From Planctomycetota bacterium (GTDB taxonomy: Bacteria > Planctomycetota > PUPC01 > JACPCR01): a DNA stretch of 64,000 bases. Where the stretch lies: positions 137,965 through 201,964 of the forward strand of contig JACPCR010000051.1 of the NCBI GenBank assembly GCA_016179685.1. Direction: 5' to 3'. The notes beneath the pieces were generated by a model. That model was not told the DNA's origin. It was given only the letters and a program-made list of their open reading frames with translations, and did no database searches. Of this stretch, positions 59,409 through 64,000 are shown piece after piece (positions within the stretch are counted from its first letter, which is position 1; every line of letters begins with the position of its first letter). The position numbers were made by a program, and so were the translations under genes.

Positions 59409-59454
59409 ATGAAATCCGCTGCGCCCTTCGGGCTCGCGGATTTCAGAGCCAGGG
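59409..59454 (-). repeat. Family B repeat, inverted copy of 13008-13053
   Basis: 45/46 identity to the reverse complement of 13008-13053, with internal hairpin gaaatccgc..gcggatttc. Confidence 0.9.
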
Positions 59455-59490
59455 CTGCTCCGACTTCGCCGGCCCAACGTCCAGTGTCAG

Positions 59491-59689
59491 CTCAATAAGT
59501 TCGGGGAAGACGATCAGGTCAAGTCCATGAAGCATGAATTCCGTAGCGGAATGCGTCAACGTTGCGTCCGAGCGATGAGATTTTGGGGCCCCGACGAAGC
59601 GCTGACGCGCTTCGCTACAAAAATCCGCGAAGCGTTGAATCATCATCGGTTACGAAATCGGGCGGGGCCGTCTCCCCGAACTTATTGAG
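59491..59689. mobile_element. MITE-like element with nested GTAG-REP pair
   Basis: 17-bp perfect TIR ctcaataagttcgggga 59491-59507/59673-59689, internal inverted GTAGCG..CGCTAC pair 59543-59618. Confidence 0.65.
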
Positions 59690-59736
59690 AAGTTACGACA
59701 TCCAGGTGGCGCCAGATATGTCGCAAACAGTTAGAT

Positions 59737-59776
59737 GGAAACCCCTCCCGCAAAGGTCCCTGCGGGAGGGGTTTCC
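59737..59776. terminator. Strong hairpin between convergent genes (possible terminator, family C-like repeat)
   Basis: 16-bp perfect IR ggaaacccctcccgca / tgcgggaggggtttcc. No long U-tract. Confidence 0.45.
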
Positions 59777-59822
59777 TGTAGTAATCGGGCACGGAGTGCG
59801 CCAACACTTCCGCGCCCAGTCG

Positions 59823-60878
59823 CTAACCCAGCCGCGATCGCACGGGCACGGACCGGTCATCCTTCGAAGAAGCGAGGCCCGCGAGGAGGATTTCGGTCAC
59901 GTGCCGGGCCGTACGGGCGTTCGAGAGGAGGGGCTGAACCTCTCGGCGGATACAGTCGATGAAATGCTGGTGGGCCGTGACGGCTGGGTAGCCCGCGGCG
60001 TCCACGGCGAGCGGCGTCGGGGGAACGTCCTCGCGGGTGGAGGAGCCCGGATTCCAGCGGGTCGCCCCAGCGCCCTGCGTCCCGGGCATGGTCAGCTTGC
60101 CGGCCGTGCCGTGCGCCCGAAATTCGAAGGTCCGCGCGGGATCACACCAGCCGGTCTCCGCGGTGGCGAGGCCTCCGCCTTCCATCTCCAGGATCAGCGT
60201 GGCGGTATCCTCGAGGTCGGTCGGTTTGGCGACGGTCCGGACGAGGCCGCAGACGCGGACGGCGCTGCCGAGGACAGCGACGAGGAGGGAGACGGCGTAG
60301 ACGCCCATATCGAAGAGGGCGCCGACGGAGGCCCGGCGGGCGTCGAAAAACCAGAGGTCGCCGCCCTCTTCACCAAAAGCGTCCCTGACCTCGGCGTAAT
60401 AGACTTCGGGGCCGCCATGGCTGACGCGGGCGTGTCCGCCGGACACTCGGCCGATGGCCCCCTCGCGGACCAGATCGCGTAAGGCAAACACGTGCGGGCC
60501 AAAATGCGGCAGACAGAACACGGTCCGGCCGCTCCGCTCCGCCGCCTCGACGAAGGCGTCTGCTTCGGCGAGATTCGCGCACAAAGGCTTCTGCATCAGC
60601 ACATGCTTGCCGGCCGCGAGGGCCTCGATCCCCATCGGGACATGCTGCGGATGCGGCGTGGCAATGCAGACCGCGTCGATCGAGGGATCGGACAGGAGGG
60701 CGTGATAGTCCTGGGTCCAGCGCGGGACGCCGAAACGCTCGGCGAGCCGGCGCAGCCGGTGCTCCTTCCGGCCGGCAAGGCAGGTCACTTGAACGCCCGC
60801 GACGGCTTGAAGCTCCGGCAGGTGCAGCTTGTGGGCGATCCCGCCCGCGCCCAGGATGCCGACGTTGAGGGGTTTCAT
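59823..60878 (-). CDS. Gfo/Idh/MocA oxidoreductase
   Basis: MKPLNVGILGAGGIA, IATPHPQH, AGKHVLMQKP, GALFDMGVY. ATG at 60878. Confidence 0.94.
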   Translation of the reverse strand: MKPLNVGILGAGGIAHKLHLPELQAVAGVQVTCLAGRKEHRLRRLAERFGVPRWTQDYHALLSDPSIDAVCIATPHPQHVPMGIEALAAGKHVLMQKPLCANLAEADAFVEAAERSGRTVFCLPHFGPHVFALRDLVREGAIGRVSGGHARVSHGGPEVYYAEVRDAFGEEGGDLWFFDARRASVGALFDMGVYAVSLLVAVLGSAVRVCGLVRTVAKPTDLEDTATLILEMEGGGLATAETGWCDPARTFEFRAHGTAGKLTMPGTQGAGATRWNPGSSTREDVPPTPLAVDAAGYPAVTAHQHFIDCIRREVQPLLSNARTARHVTEILLAGLASSKDDRSVPVRSRLG

Positions 60879-61134
60879 GGATCTCCGAATCCGCGGCCCC
60901 TGCCGGGCCATCGCCGCATAACGACCACGCTCCAGCTCATAGCCCGTCAGACGCACCTGCAAGTATTCCAATCCCGACGTGCCGTGACAGACTGACCCCG
61001 ACTCTCAGAGGGATTTCCCAACAGGAATCACGTTAAGTCCAATGCCCAGGTCGGACCCAAATCCGTCCCCCGTCCCTTGTCCCTGCCTATTATCCGACAC
61101 CTTTGCTGCCGCTTCAACGGCCCGGCTGCGCGAA

Positions 61135-61284
61135 GTAGCGCGGTCGCTGTGCGACCGCAGGGTTGGGGACGCGAACGCCCGACCCCCGGTACCCCGCCGG
61201 CGCAGCGGCGGGCCTGCTTCGCACGCGGCGCAAACGCCCGACCCCCGGTACCCCGCCGGCGCAGCGGCGGGCCTGCTTCGCACG
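61135..61284. repeat. GTAG-REP hairpin followed by a 52-bp perfect tandem duplication
   Basis: gtagcgcggtcgctgtgcgaccgc at 61135, identical units at 61174-61225 and 61233-61284 (59-bp period). Confidence 0.85.
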
Positions 61285-61572
61285 GGTCCCATCAAACTGA
61301 GACGGGACTCCCCGGGAGCGTGACATGCGACAGCCCGCTCTTCCTCGGGTCCCTGGGAGCGCCCCTTCGGCCTCTTGGTTTTCTCCACCAACCAACAACC
61401 GTGCTGGAGCTTGCCAGCGAGATGCCTGTCTGCGCCGCTTCGGCAGGCAGGCTGGCGCTCCCATCAGCGGCCCCTGCTCGTTCGCACCCCGCCCCGCTCC
61501 TCACCACGAACCACCAGCCACCAACCGATTCCCTCCCCGCTCACTCGGGCTTGTCGCCGGCCATCGTCCGCC

Positions 61573-63441
61573 TCACCGGAACATGGGGAGATACCTGTAA
61601 TAGACCTCCAGGCTCAGGGCCGCCATGCACGTCACGTAGATGCGTCCCCCGTTCCCACCGTACTGCGTCCCTTTCGTATCCCAGCTTCCCGCATAGCGCC
61701 CGGCCCGCACCTGGCGGCCAGCCAGCGAAGCCGCGAACCCGCTATTCCATTTCTCCCATCGCTTCCCGCCCACCTGGAACAGGCCCAGGGTTCCGTAATA
61801 GAGGAAATACTCCTGCTGGACCTGCGGCCCCGTCTGGCTCAACGCGTCCGCCACTTTCTGCACCAGGGCATCTTCGGGCGCGTTCTGCCCGAGGAACAGG
61901 CGGCAACAGAGCCCCGCGGCCGTCATGGCCGGGCTGCCCTGACCCCGCACGGTGTAGCCGGTCACCCCCGTCGCCGGGTCGAGCATGGCATCGAGGAAGT
62001 CCTTCATCCGTTCCACCGTCTCTTCTGGCACACGGAGGCCGGCGACCCTGGCGGATTTGATGGCCAGGATTTGCCACCCGGTGACGGACATATCGCCGCC
62101 CGGGCCGGCGTAGCCGAAGCCGCCGGTCGGCCCCTGCACCCGGACGATGTAATCGACCCCGGCCTGAGCGGCTTCCAGCGCCTGGGATCGGTCTCTGGCC
62201 ATGCCATAGGCCTCCGCCATGGCCATCGTGCAGATTCCGTGTCCGTACATCATGCCCCCATGCGTCCACGCACCGTCATGGGACTGTTGTTCCCGCAGCC
62301 ACTTGACCGCCTTCTGGACGACTCTGCGGTATTTTCCAGCGATCTCGGTATGGCCGGCGCCCTCGAATGCCAGGAGGGCGAGGCCCGTCACCGCGAGGTC
62401 GGCCGGACCCGCAGCGCCCGACTCGAACTGGCCGTCAGGGGCCGAGGACCAGCGGCCGTCCTCCCGCTGCATCCTTGCCAGGAACGCCAGGGCTGCCTCG
62501 ACCGCGGCCTCGGTCTCCCGGCTTCCTCCTCCGAGGGCGGCGATTCTCATCCTTGCGGAGACGCCGCGGCGGCCGCCGAAGCCACCCAAGTGAAGGGCCA
62601 GACCGGAAAGGTTACCCCTGACCACGACCGACAGGTCATCGCCGAGGACGGGCCTCACCACGCGGTCCGGCGCCTGCGCGTAGAGGCTTTTCTGGACCGG
62701 GCTTTCTTCTTCGAGCAATTGCTCCATCTCTTCTTGCGCGCGGTCGTTCACGGCCGGTCCAACCGCCGGGCGTGCAAGTTCCGGCACGGCCGAGGCCATG
62801 CTCGGATGCTCCATCGACGGCGGGCGGGCCTCCTCGTCGGGCGCCTTTGACCATGAGGCCGGTGCAGGCCCAAAAATCTCATCGATGAGCGCCCGGTCCA
62901 CCGGCAACCCATCCTGGCCCGTGATTCCCACGACCTGGACCTCTGTTTCGGCGTCGGCCGCCGGATGCAGCCAGGGGATGCGGACCCCTGCGAGGGCGAG
63001 GAGGACAACGGCGTGCACGGTGATGGAAGCCGAGTAGCAGAGCCCGACCTTCATTCGTTGGAGGTAAAGGAACGCGGCGGACCGTGGATTGGCTGCACCG
63101 GTCCGCCAGCAGATCGACGTCCACGCGGCCGCCGCAGCGTCCCGCAGCGCGCCCCAGGCCCGGCCCGCGTCGGCGAGCACCCCCTTGCGGACCCCTCCGG
63201 CCCCGTCGGCGCGTTCCTTCGCCCGCCAGCCCGCCGAGGAGTGGCCTTGTTCCTCCAAGGCCGTCTCAGCCGCCTCGGACGCCGGCGACCTCGAGGGAGA
63301 GAGCGACGCCTGCTTCTCCTTCAAGGACGCCAGCATCGCCGCCTTCTTCTCGGGGCTCAGGCGGGGAAGATGGTCCTCGCTCCGGCGCAACAGGCGCAGC
63401 AGATTCTCCTCCAAAGGCTGTCCGTCTCGCTCCTGCAACAT
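61573..63441 (-). CDS. Membrane-anchored prenyltransferase/squalene-cyclase-repeat ((alpha/alpha)6) protein, candidate anti-sigma factor
   Basis: TM YSASITVHAVVLLALAGV, repeats FLARMQREDGRW, WLREQQSHDGAW, QGPTGGFGY, DMSVTGW, LEVYYRYLP. ATG 63441 overlaps the sigma TGA. Confidence 0.88.
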   Translation of the reverse strand: MLQERDGQPLEENLLRLLRRSEDHLPRLSPEKKAAMLASLKEKQASLSPSRSPASEAAETALEEQGHSSAGWRAKERADGAGGVRKGVLADAGRAWGALRDAAAAAWTSICWRTGAANPRSAAFLYLQRMKVGLCYSASITVHAVVLLALAGVRIPWLHPAADAETEVQVVGITGQDGLPVDRALIDEIFGPAPASWSKAPDEEARPPSMEHPSMASAVPELARPAVGPAVNDRAQEEMEQLLEEESPVQKSLYAQAPDRVVRPVLGDDLSVVVRGNLSGLALHLGGFGGRRGVSARMRIAALGGGSRETEAAVEAALAFLARMQREDGRWSSAPDGQFESGAAGPADLAVTGLALLAFEGAGHTEIAGKYRRVVQKAVKWLREQQSHDGAWTHGGMMYGHGICTMAMAEAYGMARDRSQALEAAQAGVDYIVRVQGPTGGFGYAGPGGDMSVTGWQILAIKSARVAGLRVPEETVERMKDFLDAMLDPATGVTGYTVRGQGSPAMTAAGLCCRLFLGQNAPEDALVQKVADALSQTGPQVQQEYFLYYGTLGLFQVGGKRWEKWNSGFAASLAGRQVRAGRYAGSWDTKGTQYGGNGGRIYVTCMAALSLEVYYRYLPMFR

Positions 63442-64000
63442 CAAGCTGTCTCCGTCCTCGCCAGTGTCAAAAAGGTCTCTCGAAAGGCCGCCCGGGCGCG
63501 GCGCAGCATCGACTTCACCGAGTCCAGAGTCGTCGATCTCAGCCGCGCCATCGTCTCAAGCGACTGCCCATCCAGATACTTCGCCTGAAGAACATCACGG
63601 TATTGCGGCGGCAAATGGGCCAGCGTCATCCCGACCAGCTCCTGCGTCTCCTTCCGTTCCAGCACCTCGTCCGGCAGGAGTTCCCGATCGATCCTCTCGT
63701 AAATGTCCTCCAGCTTCCGGTCGATATTCTCCCAGACCTCTTGGAGCTGCGTCTCCTTACGCCGGGCCGAAAGCAGTTCCCGAATCACGTTCCGGGAGAG
63801 CACCCGAAGCCAGGTGATCATGTTCCCCCTGTCAGGATCATATTCGTTCAGCTTTTCCATAGCCTTGGCAAAAGTCGCCTGCGTCCCGTCCGCAGCCAGG
63901 TCAGGGTCCTTTCCTACCCGGTAGTAAACGAAGAGGTAAACGGCGTCAACGTTCTCCTCGAACCACAAGGCCATGGCTTCAGGGTCGCCCTGCCGGATTT
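63441..64000 (-). CDS. ECF RNA polymerase sigma factor, 5'-truncated by the window edge
   Basis: Region 2 VYLFVYYRVG..AADGTQATF..TWLRVLSRN, region 4 LPPQYRDVLQAKYLDGQSLETMA..VKSMLRRAR. Confidence 0.92.
   Translation of the reverse strand, partial: IRQGDPEAMALWFEENVDAVYLFVYYRVGKDPDLAADGTQATFAKAMEKLNEYDPDRGNMITWLRVLSRNVIRELLSARRKETQLQEVWENIDRKLEDIYERIDRELLPDEVLERKETQELVGMTLAHLPPQYRDVLQAKYLDGQSLETMARLRSTTLDSVKSMLRRARAAFRETFLTLARTETA

Noticed and set aside
59823-60878. QKP and DMGVY in place of EKP and DxGxH as a sign of inactivation
   Set aside because: These substitutions are common natural variants in Gfo/Idh/MocA enzymes.
61174-61284. Possible CRISPR array
   Set aside because: Only two 52-bp units with a 7-bp gap, no spacers of CRISPR length and no cas genes.
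61077-62850. Plus-strand ORFs 61077-62060 and 61375-62850
   Set aside because: Pro/Arg-rich translations through repeats that lie antisense to the prenyltransferase-repeat gene.
61573-63441. Squalene-hopene cyclase call
   Set aside because: Single barrel, no DXDD motif, and a membrane-anchored architecture.

Overview
GC-rich bacterial chromosomal segment, most likely from an uncultured diderm of the Planctomycetota/PVC type. That assignment is inferred from lpxK, WPQWRGP-type PQQ propellers, prenyltransferase-repeat proteins, MoxR/DUF58, a Zn-ribbon Ser/Thr kinase and giant TPR proteins. I support about 29 CDS: a MoxR-TPR/PQQ-lipoprotein-DUF58 operon, a convergent OPT-like transporter plus a 1.7-kaa M28-like/FtsX fusion, nrdR-nrdD-like-lpxK followed by a GT-C gene, a YyaL-type thioredoxin/(alpha/alpha)6 protein, a decayed integron-cassette-like island (23.6-26.0 kb), a two-component system followed by a TPR/STN protein and a Ser/Thr kinase, a 2962-aa TPR/discoidin/Ig-like protein, two Gfo/Idh/MocA oxidoreductases, two beta-helix proteins, a 2022-aa HEAT+LVIVD protein and an ECF sigma factor coupled to a membrane-anchored prenyltransferase-repeat protein. 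I found no rRNA, tRNA, CRISPR array or transposase. Intergenic DNA is dense with REP/MITE-like palindromes. The strongest leads are (1) an intact NrdD homolog that appears to have lost the glycyl-radical Gly and the catalytic Cys residues while keeping two ATP cones, encoded directly behind nrdR, (2) a catalytically degenerate nicastrin/nicalin-like M28 ectodomain fused to a MacB/FtsX permease and paired with an OPT-like protein, (3) attC-like sites without an integrase, and (4) a REP family with a conserved AGTGC-GGGT-GCACT apex that sits on stop codons. All family calls come from motif recognition by eye, not database searches.
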